From Armatimonadota bacterium (GTDB lineage Bacteria; Armatimonadota; UBA10988), in assembly GCA_016235455.1 (NCBI GenBank), contig JACRKZ010000045.1, positions 2,807 to 54,281 of the forward strand: a stretch of 51,475 nt of DNA, read 5' to 3'. Made by a program: the position numbers and the translations under genes. Every line of letters starts with the position of its first letter. The stretch's first letter is position 1. Of the stretch, positions 39,487 through 49,130 are shown piece after piece. The notes under the pieces are model-generated. The model was not told the DNA's origin. It saw nothing but the letters and a program-made list of their open reading frames with translations, and ran no database searches.

Positions 39487-41004
39487 GTGGGCAAGCAGGC
39501 ACGGCACGCAGGTCAGTCCTCAGGGAGCGCGGACGTCCCCGTTCGCGTGCCCAGGGCCGAGCTCTGGGGCGTGGCCGCCGCGGCGCTGGTGGCCTACCTG
39601 GTCTGGTCGCTCATCTGGCCTATCGGCGCGGGCCGCGACTTCGAGTCCTATGTCATGACGCTGCTCGAGCTGCCGCGTCGTGTCGCCGACTACCCCTTCC
39701 AGAGCGCCTTTCGCACACCTCTGACCCCGTTGTTCCTGGGCTTCGTGTGTGGGTCGGGCCGATGGGTTGCGGGCCTTGTGCTGCTGGCCGGTTACGTGCT
39801 GGTGGCGCTGTCGGTGCACGCCCTGGTGCGCCCTCGGCACCGCGGCGCGGCGTGGCTTGCCGTGGTCCTGTGGCTCGTCTCGCCGGCGGGCGGCTGGATG
39901 TTCCGGCATCCCGACAGCGCCACGCTCACCGCCATGCTCATCGCGCCGTGGGCCGTGGCCATCAGCCGATCCGACGAGCGGACCACGGCGGCGGGCTGGG
40001 CCGGCCGTGGTGCGCTGGCCGCCGCGCTGGTGCTGGCTCGGCCGGCCAACCTGGTGTTCGGCGGGGCGCTGCTCGCGCCGTTGCTGATCGCTGGCCTGCC
40101 GCTCGGGCGGCGACTGGGCCATGTCGCGGCGTTCGCGCTGGCCTTGGTGCTGCCGCTGCAGGCCTGGTGCTGGCACAACGCCGCGCTCTACCAGGACTGG
40201 GTGGTGTCGCGCGGGTCCGGCGCGTTCATGCCTTTGGCGCGCGTCATGGCGTTCGACGATCTGGTGCGGCCCGAGAACGGCCCGGCCAGCGCGCGGCTGG
40301 CCGAAGTGGTGCAGCGGCGCCTGCTGCCGCGCGACTTCTACCGCCGCCAGGGCATCGATGTACAGCGGTTCTTCCGGCTGCGCGCCACCGGCCCGGCGGG
40401 CGACCTCATCTCGGCTTGCGACCAGGAGTGGGGCTGGGACTGCGACTACGCGCCGTTGCGCGCGGTGGCCATGGAGGCTATCGCGCGCCATCCCGGCCTC
40501 TACGCGCGGCGTGTCGCCGCCGATGTGTGGGCGCTGTTCGCCGCGCCGCTGCCGCGCCGCGTGGCCGATGTGGACCTGAGCGGCGCGGGCGCCTGGTCAT
40601 GGCTGGAGAGCCGGCCGGCGGGCTATCCGCCGCCGCGCTGCTCCGGCCAGAGCAACGTCGTGGAACTGTACCGCGCGTCGCGGTTCGCGGCCTTCGCCGA
40701 GACCGCCGATGCGCGGCCCGCCTGGCGCTGGCTGACCTATCGATACGACAAGGCGCAACTGCCCATGCTGCCCTGGCTGGTGCTGGGCGCCGTGGGCCTG
40801 TGGCCGTACCGCGCGCGGCGCGAGCGGGCACTGGCGCTGCTGGTCTGGCTGGCGGTTGCCGGGCTCGTCATCACCGAACTGGGCATGTGGTTGATCCCCG
40901 AGTACCGGTGGCCGTTCGATTCGCTGTTCCTCGCCTATGGCACGCTCGGGCTGGCCCGATGGTTGCCTACTTCGGCGGGGTCGCCACCTTCGGCGCCTCG
41001 GTGA
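39487..41004 (+). CDS. Polytopic membrane protein, GT-C glycosyltransferase-like
   Basis: TM1 followed by D..SY...FRTPLTPLFL loop, LARPAN, large periplasmic loop, EYRWP near the C-terminus. Confidence 0.6.
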   Translation: MGKQARHAGQSSGSADVPVRVPRAELWGVAAAALVAYLVWSLIWPIGAGRDFESYVMTLLELPRRVADYPFQSAFRTPLTPLFLGFVCGSGRWVAGLVLLAGYVLVALSVHALVRPRHRGAAWLAVVLWLVSPAGGWMFRHPDSATLTAMLIAPWAVAISRSDERTTAAGWAGRGALAAALVLARPANLVFGGALLAPLLIAGLPLGRRLGHVAAFALALVLPLQAWCWHNAALYQDWVVSRGSGAFMPLARVMAFDDLVRPENGPASARLAEVVQRRLLPRDFYRRQGIDVQRFFRLRATGPAGDLISACDQEWGWDCDYAPLRAVAMEAIARHPGLYARRVAADVWALFAAPLPRRVADVDLSGAGAWSWLESRPAGYPPPRCSGQSNVVELYRASRFAAFAETADARPAWRWLTYRYDKAQLPMLPWLVLGAVGLWPYRARRERALALLVWLAVAGLVITELGMWLIPEYRWPFDSLFLAYGTLGLARWLPTSAGSPPSAPR

Positions 41005-43021
41005 TGCGCAGGGGTATGGCCGGCAGCGTCCGCGTGTAGCTGACATCGCCGATCTTGAGTACGGCACCGATGATCACATTCAGCTTCGTGCCCACCGGCA
41101 CGCCGCGGCCGACGTTGACCACCACGGGCGCCTCGTCCTTGTCCGCCGGCACGTAGCTGGCGCGCACGCCCACGCCGTTGACCGCCGACGCCGGCCGCAC
41201 GAAGACGCCGCCCTTGATGCCCTCGGCGCGGATGATCTTGACGTTCAGCGTCACTTCGCCGCCTTGGGCGATGATCAGGCCGCCGGCGGGCGGGTTGAGC
41301 AGGGCGAGCGCGAAGCCACCCGGCTCGGTGACCGTCAGGGCGATCTCGCGCGTACTCGGATACTGCTGCAGGCTGAACGCCTGCATGACGTTCTCGGCCC
41401 CGACGGCCACGCGCGCGGTGACCTGTCCGGCCTCCTCGGAGATGCCGAGGATGGTCGGGTTGAACACCTGCGGCTTGGCATCGGATGGCGCCGACACAGT
41501 CAGCACGGCCGTGTCCTGGCCTGGGTAGATGACCGCCTCGCTGGCCACGAAGCCCTTGGGCAGGCCGCGCACGACCACATTGATGGGCCCGTTGAAGCCG
41601 GCCTTGCGATTGGCCTGTACGGTGACCAGCGCGCTGTCGCCCTGCCCGGCGCGCGGGTTGTCGGGCGTCGCACGCAGCGTGAAGTCGGGTGCGGCGTCCT
41701 TGAGAATCAGCCGATAGGCGAAGTCGTCACCGCCCATGGACTGAGCATCGCGCAGTCGCAGGAAGTAGTCGCCGTCGGCCGGCACCGTGTAGACGAGCAG
41801 CGAATCGGCATGGTGGGTGAGCCACTGCGCCGTGGGGTCGGTGGTGTCGTCGTTCTCCACCAGCCGTGTGCCCTTGGCGTCAAACAGCGTCAGCATGGAG
41901 TCCAGTGGCGACAGCAACCGCCGCGCCATCACCTCGAGCACCACCTTCTGGCCCTTGATCGCGGCGAAGCGGAACCAGTCGGCGTCGCCGGCCTTGTCGA
42001 TGTGGCCATTGACGGTGACCGGCAGCGTCACCGCCTGGGCCGTCTCACGAGAGTCGTTGGGCTCGGTGTCGCTCGCCTCCGGTGTGTCGCCGACGGCGAA
42101 CGGCATGGTGTTGGCCTGCAGCCCGCCGGCCTCGGTGCCGACCCAGCGAATGCCAGAGGCGTTCGCCGGCACTTCGACGGTCTGCGTGCGCTTGGCCAGA
42201 TTGGCGCCGAACAGGGCGATGCCGGTGGATGCGCCGCGTGGTCCGCCGAGCGGGTAGATGCCGGTCACACGTGGCAACGCGCCAACGCTCAGGCGATAGA
42301 CGAAATCGGCCCGGCCGCGGCTAAGAATGTCGGTGATCTGCACCGTGTAGTCGCCATCGGCGGGCACGGGGAAGAGGATGCGCGGATCGGGCCACAGCCG
42401 GACATCGTCGACCGACGCGACCTGACGGCCCGATGCATCGTACAGCGTCAGCACGGCGTCGAACCAGCCGGGCACGGCATCCGCGATGTAGGGGATGATG
42501 GCGCGCGCGGCGATATCGCACACGAGCGTGGTGCCACCCTTGGCCGAGAAGCGGTAGCAGTCCTGGTCCTTCTCCATGACCTGCCCATTGACCAGGACCG
42601 GCAGGGCCAGCTTCTGCGCGCCGGCCCGGTTGTTGTTGGGCTCCGTCTCGATGATCTCGGGCAGGTCGCCGACCAGGAAGCGGAAGCGGTTGCTCGCGCC
42701 GGCGCGGGTCAGTAGTCGCAGTTCGTACTCACCAACGGCCGCGTCCGGCGCGATGGTCAGGGTCAGCCGTACCTTGGTGGCGTCCTCCACCTTGGCGATG
42801 GCGCCGGTGACGCCGGCGGGCAGGATACGCGCCTCGGTGGCGCTGGCCAACTGGGTGCCAGTGACCAGTGCCTCGACCTTGGTGCCGCGCTGGCCGCCGG
42901 CGGGGAAGACGTGCGCGATGTACGGGGTCAGGATCTCCGGCTTGTCCGCGGCGCGGGCGATCACCGCGCAGCACAGCGCCAGCGCCGGCCACAGCCACCT
43001 GACTCGCGGCGAGGTGCTCAT
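40967..43021 (-). CDS. Secreted PPC-repeat (pre-peptidase C-terminal-like) protein, Planctomycete type
   Basis: Signal peptide from ATG 43021, VFPAGGQRGT, repeated ETEPN...AQ...LPV.VNG...D.D.(Y/F)RF...D..LTL.D..G modules. Confidence 0.8.
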   Translation of the reverse strand: MSTSPRVRWLWPALALCCAVIARAADKPEILTPYIAHVFPAGGQRGTKVEALVTGTQLASATEARILPAGVTGAIAKVEDATKVRLTLTIAPDAAVGEYELRLLTRAGASNRFRFLVGDLPEIIETEPNNNRAGAQKLALPVLVNGQVMEKDQDCYRFSAKGGTTLVCDIAARAIIPYIADAVPGWFDAVLTLYDASGRQVASVDDVRLWPDPRILFPVPADGDYTVQITDILSRGRADFVYRLSVGALPRVTGIYPLGGPRGASTGIALFGANLAKRTQTVEVPANASGIRWVGTEAGGLQANTMPFAVGDTPEASDTEPNDSRETAQAVTLPVTVNGHIDKAGDADWFRFAAIKGQKVVLEVMARRLLSPLDSMLTLFDAKGTRLVENDDTTDPTAQWLTHHADSLLVYTVPADGDYFLRLRDAQSMGGDDFAYRLILKDAAPDFTLRATPDNPRAGQGDSALVTVQANRKAGFNGPINVVVRGLPKGFVASEAVIYPGQDTAVLTVSAPSDAKPQVFNPTILGISEEAGQVTARVAVGAENVMQAFSLQQYPSTREIALTVTEPGGFALALLNPPAGGLIIAQGGEVTLNVKIIRAEGIKGGVFVRPASAVNGVGVRASYVPADKDEAPVVVNVGRGVPVGTKLNVIIGAVLKIGDVSYTRTLPAIPLRITEAPKVATPPK

Positions 43022-44373
43022 TTGGGGGCCGTCACCTTCATCGGGCTCAGATCGCCCATGAGCGCCTGGCCCGTCATCGTGGCGTTGAGCAGCAGCGTGC
43101 CCAGATTGGGGGGCAGCGGATGCTCCTTGTCGTACAACCAAGTGAGCTGGCCGATGTTGGACGTGGACAGGAAGCCCAGCGCGCTGACGATCAGCCAATG
43201 TTGCGCCCGGGCGCCGAGTTGGACCAGCGTGGCCAGGTGCTTGCCGTCGGATAGCCGCCACAACCGCACGGTGCCATCGGCGCTGCCCGAGGCCAGGCGC
43301 GAGCCGTCGGGGCTGACGCAGATGGTGTAGATCCAGTCGCCATGGCCGACCAAAGTCTGCGTCACGTTGCCGTTGCCGGGGTCGACGGCGCGGATGACCT
43401 TGTCGCTGCACGGCACGTAGACACGGTTGTTCTTCTGGTGCCAGACGATGCCCAGCGGCGAGCCCGGCGCAATCTCGGCCTGGCGCAGGGCCCGGCCGTC
43501 GCGCGCGCGCCAGCGCACCATGCGCTCGGTGGGACCGGCCACGGCGATGGCCAACTGCGAGCCGTCGGCATTGAAGGCCACGCCCAGTGCGCTGTCGAGC
43601 TGGCGTAGCGTGATCTGCGGCTTGAACCCGTCCACATCCCAGATGCGCACGCGGCGGTCGGTGCCGGCCGTGGCGAACATCTTGCCGTCGGCGCTGAAGG
43701 CCACCGCCACGGCGCCGGGATCATGGGCCTCGATGGCCTGGAGCAGCGTGGCGTCGGCCGCGTTGAGCACATAGACCTTGCCGTCGGTGCTGCCGGCTAC
43801 GAGCAGCTTGCCGTCGGGGCTCTGGGCCAGCGACGAGATGACGTCGGTGGCTTTGTCGAACATGGCCACCGTGGTGCCGGTGCTCGCGTCGAGCAGGCGG
43901 ACCGCGCCTCGCCGGCCCGGCTCGCCCTCGCCCACGGCCAGGCGCTTGCCGTCCAGTGTGAAATGCAGGCTGCTGATCACCTCCGACAGCGCCCCGCCAC
44001 CCAGCCGCCAGGCCAGACCGGCGCGCGGCAGGTCCCATAGCAGCACCTCCTGGTAGCCGGCCTGCGCCAGCGTCTTGCCGTCGGGGCTGAAGGCCAGGGC
44101 CCGCACCGGCTCTGGCAGCCCGCACGGCACCGAGCAGGCGAAGGGGTAGGGTTGACCGGTGCGCGGGATGGTCACGGTGATGGGAATGGTCAGCGTGAAG
44201 TCGAGCGCCGGCTGCTGGGCCAGGGCGGTTGAGGCGAGGGCCAGCAGGAGCAGCGCGGCCCCCACCCCGACCCTCCCCGCGAGCGGGGAGGGAGGCGGCC
44301 AATCCGTCCCCCCGCGCGCGAGGGGACGACAGGCGGGGCTGCTCGTGACTCGCCCGAACCAGCGCAACTTCAT
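43018..44373 (-). CDS. Secreted WD40-repeat protein
   Basis: Repeats such as LAFSPDGKTLA, TDRRVRIWD, GHGDWIYTICVSPDGSRLASGSADGTVRLW. Confidence 0.9.
   Translation of the reverse strand: MKLRWFGRVTSSPACRPLARGGTDWPPPSPLAGRVGVGAALLLLALASTALAQQPALDFTLTIPITVTIPRTGQPYPFACSVPCGLPEPVRALAFSPDGKTLAQAGYQEVLLWDLPRAGLAWRLGGGALSEVISSLHFTLDGKRLAVGEGEPGRRGAVRLLDASTGTTVAMFDKATDVISSLAQSPDGKLLVAGSTDGKVYVLNAADATLLQAIEAHDPGAVAVAFSADGKMFATAGTDRRVRIWDVDGFKPQITLRQLDSALGVAFNADGSQLAIAVAGPTERMVRWRARDGRALRQAEIAPGSPLGIVWHQKNNRVYVPCSDKVIRAVDPGNGNVTQTLVGHGDWIYTICVSPDGSRLASGSADGTVRLWRLSDGKHLATLVQLGARAQHWLIVSALGFLSTSNIGQLTWLYDKEHPLPPNLGTLLLNATMTGQALMGDLSPMKVTAPK
44259..44328. repeat. REP-like palindromic element inside the 5' end of the WD40 gene
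   Basis: CCCCCACCCCGA-CCCTCCCCGC-ga-GCGGGGAGGG (perfect 10-bp stem) plus a second CGTCCCC...GGGGACG stem. Confidence 0.6.
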
Positions 44374-44374
44374 C

Positions 44375-45703
44375 TCACATGATCTCAGTCAGCGGCCCGC
44401 CAGACGGCACGTCGCCGGCGGCCAGCGGGGTCACGTAGGCGATGCAGCCTTGCGGGTGCGGCAGCTTGCCCAGCGGGTCGATGCCGAGCAGCCGGTACAT
44501 GCTTGCGGTCAGATCCCACGGGTAGACGGGCCGGCTGGCCACCTTCTCGGCCCGGCCGTCGGTGGAGCCGACCACCTGGCCGCCCTTGAATCCGCCGCCG
44601 GCCACAACCGTCGTGAAGACCTCGCCGAAGTGATGCCGACCGCCGTTCCACGGGGGCTCGGTGGCCACCTTGGGCGTGCGGCCGAACTCGCCGTTCCACA
44701 TGACGATGGTGGACTCCAGCAGGCCATGCTGCGCCAGGTCGGCCAGCAGCGTGCCAAAACCGGCGTCGAGCACCGGCAGCATCTCCTTCATGCGCTCGAA
44801 ATGGCTCGTGTGCGTGTCCCAGCCGCCCATGTTGACGGTGACAAACGGCACGCCGCGCTCCACCAGTCGGCGCGCCAGCAGGCACGACTGGCCGAACCGG
44901 TTGCGTCCGTAGCGGTTGCGCAGTTCGTCGGGCTCGGAGTTGAGGTCGAACGCGCTGCGCGCCTCGCCCAGGATCAGGCTGAACGCCTTCTGCTGGTAGC
45001 CGTCGAGTTCAGCCATGGTCGGGTCGAGGTCGGCGCGCGCGGCCAGCGCATCCATGGCCCGGAGCAGTCCTTTGCGCTCGCCCAGCCGCTTGTCGGTCAT
45101 CCAGCGCGGCGGGACGATCTCCTCGACGCTGAAGTCCTTGCTGACCGGGTCGCCGCCGGTGGCGTACGTCTTGTGCTCATTGCCCAGGAAGCCGGCCTCC
45201 GAGAAGCGGCCCAACGGCGAGGTGAGCGTGATGTAAGGTGGCAGCACACCCTTGTAGCCGCCCTCGTAGCCCTTCTTCAGGCTGACCACGGCGCCCATGG
45301 CCGGGTAGACCAGGTCGACCGACGGCAAGGTGCCGGTCTGCACGATGTAGGTGGCCGTTTCGTGCCCGTTGTTGCCATGCGTGTAGCTGCGCAGCAGCGT
45401 GTACTTGTCGGCCTGCTTGGCCATGACCGGCAGCAGTTCGCCGATGCGCACGCCGTCCGCGTTCGTCGCCAGCGGCCGCCGCAACGGACCGCAGTAATCC
45501 TCGCCGGCGTCGGGCTTGGGGTCGAAGGTGTCGATGTGCGGCGGGCCGCCGCTCATCCAGAGCTGGATGACCGCCTTGGCCCGGCCCGGCGGGGCACCGG
45601 CGGCCTGGGCCTCGGCCTGCCTGGCCAGCAGGCTGGCGAAGGCCGAGACGCCGATGGTCAGGCCGCCTACCTTGATGAACTCTCGCCGACTGACGTCTGG
45701 CAT
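44375..45703 (-). CDS. DUF1501-family protein with Tat-like signal
   Basis: SRREFIK, GGPPHIDTFDPKP, YGRNRFGQSCLLARRLVERGV, GWDTH, GEFGRTP. Confidence 0.92.
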   Translation of the reverse strand: MPDVSRREFIKVGGLTIGVSAFASLLARQAEAQAAGAPPGRAKAVIQLWMSGGPPHIDTFDPKPDAGEDYCGPLRRPLATNADGVRIGELLPVMAKQADKYTLLRSYTHGNNGHETATYIVQTGTLPSVDLVYPAMGAVVSLKKGYEGGYKGVLPPYITLTSPLGRFSEAGFLGNEHKTYATGGDPVSKDFSVEEIVPPRWMTDKRLGERKGLLRAMDALAARADLDPTMAELDGYQQKAFSLILGEARSAFDLNSEPDELRNRYGRNRFGQSCLLARRLVERGVPFVTVNMGGWDTHTSHFERMKEMLPVLDAGFGTLLADLAQHGLLESTIVMWNGEFGRTPKVATEPPWNGGRHHFGEVFTTVVAGGGFKGGQVVGSTDGRAEKVASRPVYPWDLTASMYRLLGIDPLGKLPHPQGCIAYVTPLAAGDVPSGGPLTEIM

Positions 45704-45714
45704 GACATGCACCT

Positions 45715-47982
45715 CTAGTGGATGAGCACGAACTCCTTCGTGTTCATCAGTGCCCACAGGAAGTCCTGGAAGGCCGTGGCGCGGTCACCCGCGTGGCTGG
45801 CCAGATGGGCTCGGATGGCCGCGCGCTCGGTGTCGTTGGGCAGTCGCGACAGCGACGCAAGGTAGAACTCATCGATCACCGTATCGTCCGGCTGCCCGCC
45901 GGCCAACAGTCGTTTCAGCCGCGGGCTGTTGAGCACGCGGTTGTCCACCGACGTGGAGTTGAGCAGGTGGGTCACCTGGCGCATGGAGGCGCGCGAGCAG
46001 CGGTCGGACTCATAGGGCGTGTCGCGCGGCGGCCGGCCAAAGAGCTCGAGGAACGGCGTGATGATCGAGCCATCGGCCACCTGGGCCGCGCGCGTGGTGC
46101 TGGGCAGGTAGGTATACGGCTCGGGGATGACGCTGCTGAACGACTCGTTGGTCTCGGTGATCTGGCAGATGGCGTCGATGAGCTGCTCGGCGCCCATGCG
46201 TCGCGCCGGGTAGTGGGCGAAGAAGCCCTGGTCGCCCTTGTTCTGCGCGGTCGGCGTGCTGGAGCGCTGATAGGTCTCGGAGTTGAGGATGACCCGGAAC
46301 AGGTGCCGCAGGTCGTAGTTGTGGCTGGTCAGCTCGCCCGCCAGGTAGTCCAGCAACGCGCTGTTGCTGGGCGGGTTGGTGGGCCTCATGTCGTCGGGCT
46401 CCTCGACGATGCCGCGGCCCAGCAGCCAGAACCAGACCCGGTTGGCCAGGTTGCGCGCGAACCACGGATTGTTGGGCGCGGTCAGCCAGTTGGCAAAGAC
46501 CAGCCGCGCGTCGGCGCCCGGTTCGAGGGCCGGCGCTTCGCCGCCGAGGACGGTGGGGGTCACCACCTGCTTGGTGATGGGATGCTTGAACGTGGCGTCG
46601 GGATCGAGGTAGACCACCTCCTCTTTCCATTCGCCGGTGCCCTTGAACTTGACCTGCGCGAAGAAGGCGGCCAGTCTGGCATCGTCGTCCACGGTCCAGG
46701 GCTCGTCGGGGTGCCCATGGCAACGGGCGCAACTGACGCGCGCGCCCATGAACAGCAGCGCGGCGATCTCCGCGTGGCTGAGCGGGTCTTTACTGTTCAC
46801 GCCGCGGTAGAAGTTGGCGGGTCCCGAGCGGAAGTTGCTGCCCGAGCTGACCAGCAACTCGCGGGCAAACTGGTCGTAGGGCTTGTTGGCCACCAGGCTG
46901 TCGCGCACCCAGCGGTAGTAGGTCTGCACCCCCTTGGGCCAGATCTTGACCGGGTACTCGCTCTTGATGCGCAGCAGGTCGCCCCACTTCAGCGCCCAGA
47001 AGTCGGCGAACTCGTCACGTGCCAGCAAGCGGTCGATGAGCTTGGCGCGTTTGTCCGCGGCGCTGTCGGCGGCGAAGGCGCGCACCTCGTCGGGCGTCGG
47101 CAGCAGCCCGATGACGTCGAGGTACACGCGCCTCACGAACTCGGCGTCGGTGCAGCGCGGGCTGGGCGGCAGACCCAGCAGCCGGAGCTTGGCCAGCACG
47201 GCCTGGTCCAGCGGGTTCTCGGTGGCCATCTCGGGGAACGGCTCGGCCAGCTTGTGCGGCACGAGGATCAGCGTCACCCCCGACAGGCGCCGGTAGGTGG
47301 CCACAAGCACGCTCTGGCCCGGCTCGCCGGCGGTCACCTGGCCGGCCGGCGATACCTTGGCCACACCGGGCAGCGAACTGCGGAAGGAGGCCAGCGCCGT
47401 CACATCACGGCTGGTGCCGTCGGAGAAGGTGGCGGTGACCTTCAGGTCGAGCGCCTCGCCGCTGGCCAGCAGCTTGTCGCGCAGGCCCGTGCTCACGCCG
47501 CGCAGCAGCGGCTTGGCGGGGTCGCGGTCCTCGGTGCCGCGGGCGATCCATGTCAACAGCGTCTGGTAGGCCTCGGAGTCGACCGGCGCCAGCTTGCCGC
47601 CGCCGTGGGGCAGGTCGCCCGACAGCTTGAGCAACAGCAGGCTGCGCTCGGGCATCATGCGGTTCACGCGCCGGCCGCCGGCGGCCCGCGACAAGGCGTC
47701 GCAGTCGGCTTGCGGGTCCGCGCCGAACATGGACAGCTTCATGCCGCCCTTGCCCACCGGCGCACCGTGACAGTCCAGATTGGCGCAGCCCAGCCGGCCG
47801 ATGAGCGGTGAGACGTCGTTCTCGTAGTCGGTCACCTGGGTGCGCGCGTTGCGCCGCGCCAGGGTGGTTTCCGTGGGGAGAGAGGGCACCAGCGTGGTCT
47901 TGCCGCGGGTCGTGCCCGCGGGCTGGGCGGCCAGACCAGTCGTCCACAGCACGAAGCCCAATGCCGACAGCAGCCTCAGCAC
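45715..47982 (-). CDS. DUF1549/DUF1553 protein with Ig-like domain and heme-c-like motifs
   Basis: CANLDCH, RRVYLDVIGLLPT, CARCH, NRVWFWLLGRGIVE.PDD, LNSETYQRSS, KEFVLIH. Start placed at the GTG with SD GAGG and a signal peptide. Confidence 0.88.
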   Translation of the reverse strand: MLRLLSALGFVLWTTGLAAQPAGTTRGKTTLVPSLPTETTLARRNARTQVTDYENDVSPLIGRLGCANLDCHGAPVGKGGMKLSMFGADPQADCDALSRAAGGRRVNRMMPERSLLLLKLSGDLPHGGGKLAPVDSEAYQTLLTWIARGTEDRDPAKPLLRGVSTGLRDKLLASGEALDLKVTATFSDGTSRDVTALASFRSSLPGVAKVSPAGQVTAGEPGQSVLVATYRRLSGVTLILVPHKLAEPFPEMATENPLDQAVLAKLRLLGLPPSPRCTDAEFVRRVYLDVIGLLPTPDEVRAFAADSAADKRAKLIDRLLARDEFADFWALKWGDLLRIKSEYPVKIWPKGVQTYYRWVRDSLVANKPYDQFARELLVSSGSNFRSGPANFYRGVNSKDPLSHAEIAALLFMGARVSCARCHGHPDEPWTVDDDARLAAFFAQVKFKGTGEWKEEVVYLDPDATFKHPITKQVVTPTVLGGEAPALEPGADARLVFANWLTAPNNPWFARNLANRVWFWLLGRGIVEEPDDMRPTNPPSNSALLDYLAGELTSHNYDLRHLFRVILNSETYQRSSTPTAQNKGDQGFFAHYPARRMGAEQLIDAICQITETNESFSSVIPEPYTYLPSTTRAAQVADGSIITPFLELFGRPPRDTPYESDRCSRASMRQVTHLLNSTSVDNRVLNSPRLKRLLAGGQPDDTVIDEFYLASLSRLPNDTERAAIRAHLASHAGDRATAFQDFLWALMNTKEFVLIH

Positions 47983-48105
47983 GCCAGCCTCATCTCGCCT
48001 ACCTCTATCTTGATACCCATTCGCCGCGAGCGCCACGCCTCCTGCCGCGATGCATTTGGAGTCGCGCGCGCCGTAGGCTATCATGCGCGCCTGGTGGAGG
48101 CGACC

Positions 48106-49056
48106 ATGACAGAGACACTGGACCGTTGCGTGCTGCGGGGCGGGGAGCAGGCCGAACTGGTGCTCGTGACCGCGCCGCAGGTGCCGGACGCGTTGGCCGT
48201 GCGCGCGTTGCTGGGCCACAAGGGCGGGGTGTGGGAGTACCACATCGACCAGGCCCTGGCGGGCGAGTTGGAGGGTCTGGAAACACGCTTCTACCTGGCC
48301 CTGGTCGGCGGTCGGGCGGTGTCCAACGTTATGACCGTCGAGAGCGGCGGCGTGGGCATCCTGGGCCATGTCTGGACGGTGCCCGAACAGCGCCGCCAGG
48401 GCCTCTGCGATGCCATCTTCGCGGTGCTGCAGCCCCACTTCCTCGCGCGCGGCGGGCGCCGGTTGCTGCTCGGCACCGGCTACGACAGCCCGCCGTACCA
48501 CATCTACCTGCGCCACGGCTGGCGGCCGATCCTTGAGCGCCGAGGCTTCATGGATTGGCAGCCGGTGCCGACACCCGCTGCCGGACCGCCCACGCGCGTC
48601 GTGCCCTATGCCTGGCGCCACTGGCCGGCGCTGGCGCCGCTGTTTGCCGACGGCGGCGCCGATGGCCTGCAGGCGCTCGGCTTCCGCTACTTCGGACCGG
48701 AGAACTTCGAGTGGCCCGGCCTGGACCTGCGGCAGCGAGTAGCCGAGCGCGACGACACCTTCGCCTTCGTGGCCGAGGCCCAGGACGGACGGCCCGTCGG
48801 CCTCGTCGTCCAGGCGCCCGACGCGCGTTGGCAGGGCAATACCAACGTCGATCTCGTCTGCCTGCCAGGCTCCGAAGCGGCGCTGGGAATGATGCTGGCG
48901 GCGCTGCCGGCAGCGGAAGGCAAGCGCCAGTGCTGGCTGCCGAGCGTCAGCGCCCCGCGCCGCGCCGCGCTGGAAGCGGCTGGTTGGCGGCTCGAAGCCA
49001 CGCTCGCGGCACAACTGCCCAACGGTGGCGACGTGGTGGTCTACAGAGGACGATAA
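48106..49056 (+). CDS. Tandem GNAT-family acetyltransferase
   Basis: HVWTVPEQRRQGL, YHIYLRHGW, second GNAT-like lobe; SD GGAGG. Confidence 0.8.
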   Translation: MTETLDRCVLRGGEQAELVLVTAPQVPDALAVRALLGHKGGVWEYHIDQALAGELEGLETRFYLALVGGRAVSNVMTVESGGVGILGHVWTVPEQRRQGLCDAIFAVLQPHFLARGGRRLLLGTGYDSPPYHIYLRHGWRPILERRGFMDWQPVPTPAAGPPTRVVPYAWRHWPALAPLFADGGADGLQALGFRYFGPENFEWPGLDLRQRVAERDDTFAFVAEAQDGRPVGLVVQAPDARWQGNTNVDLVCLPGSEAALGMMLAALPAAEGKRQCWLPSVSAPRRAALEAAGWRLEATLAAQLPNGGDVVVYRGR

Positions 49057-49130
49057 ACGGTGTCAGGGACCTTTTCGCACGCGAAAAGGTCCCTGACACC
49101 GTTTATCGTCCTCTGTAGACCACCACGTCG
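49029..49130. repeat. Inverted repeat with perfect 50-bp arms and a 2-nt spacer, spanning two convergent stop codons
   Basis: 49029-49078 is the exact reverse complement of 49081-49130. Confidence 0.97.

Noticed and set aside
43022-43411. N-terminal extension of the PPC ORF, and likewise mutY 7890-8099 and HD-CHAP 12161-12298
   Set aside because: They overlap neighbouring genes out of frame; better downstream starts exist.
47983-49014. N-terminal extension making the DUF1549 ORF 1099 aa
   Set aside because: It is the antisense of the GNAT gene. An SD, GTG and signal peptide at 47982 give a better start.
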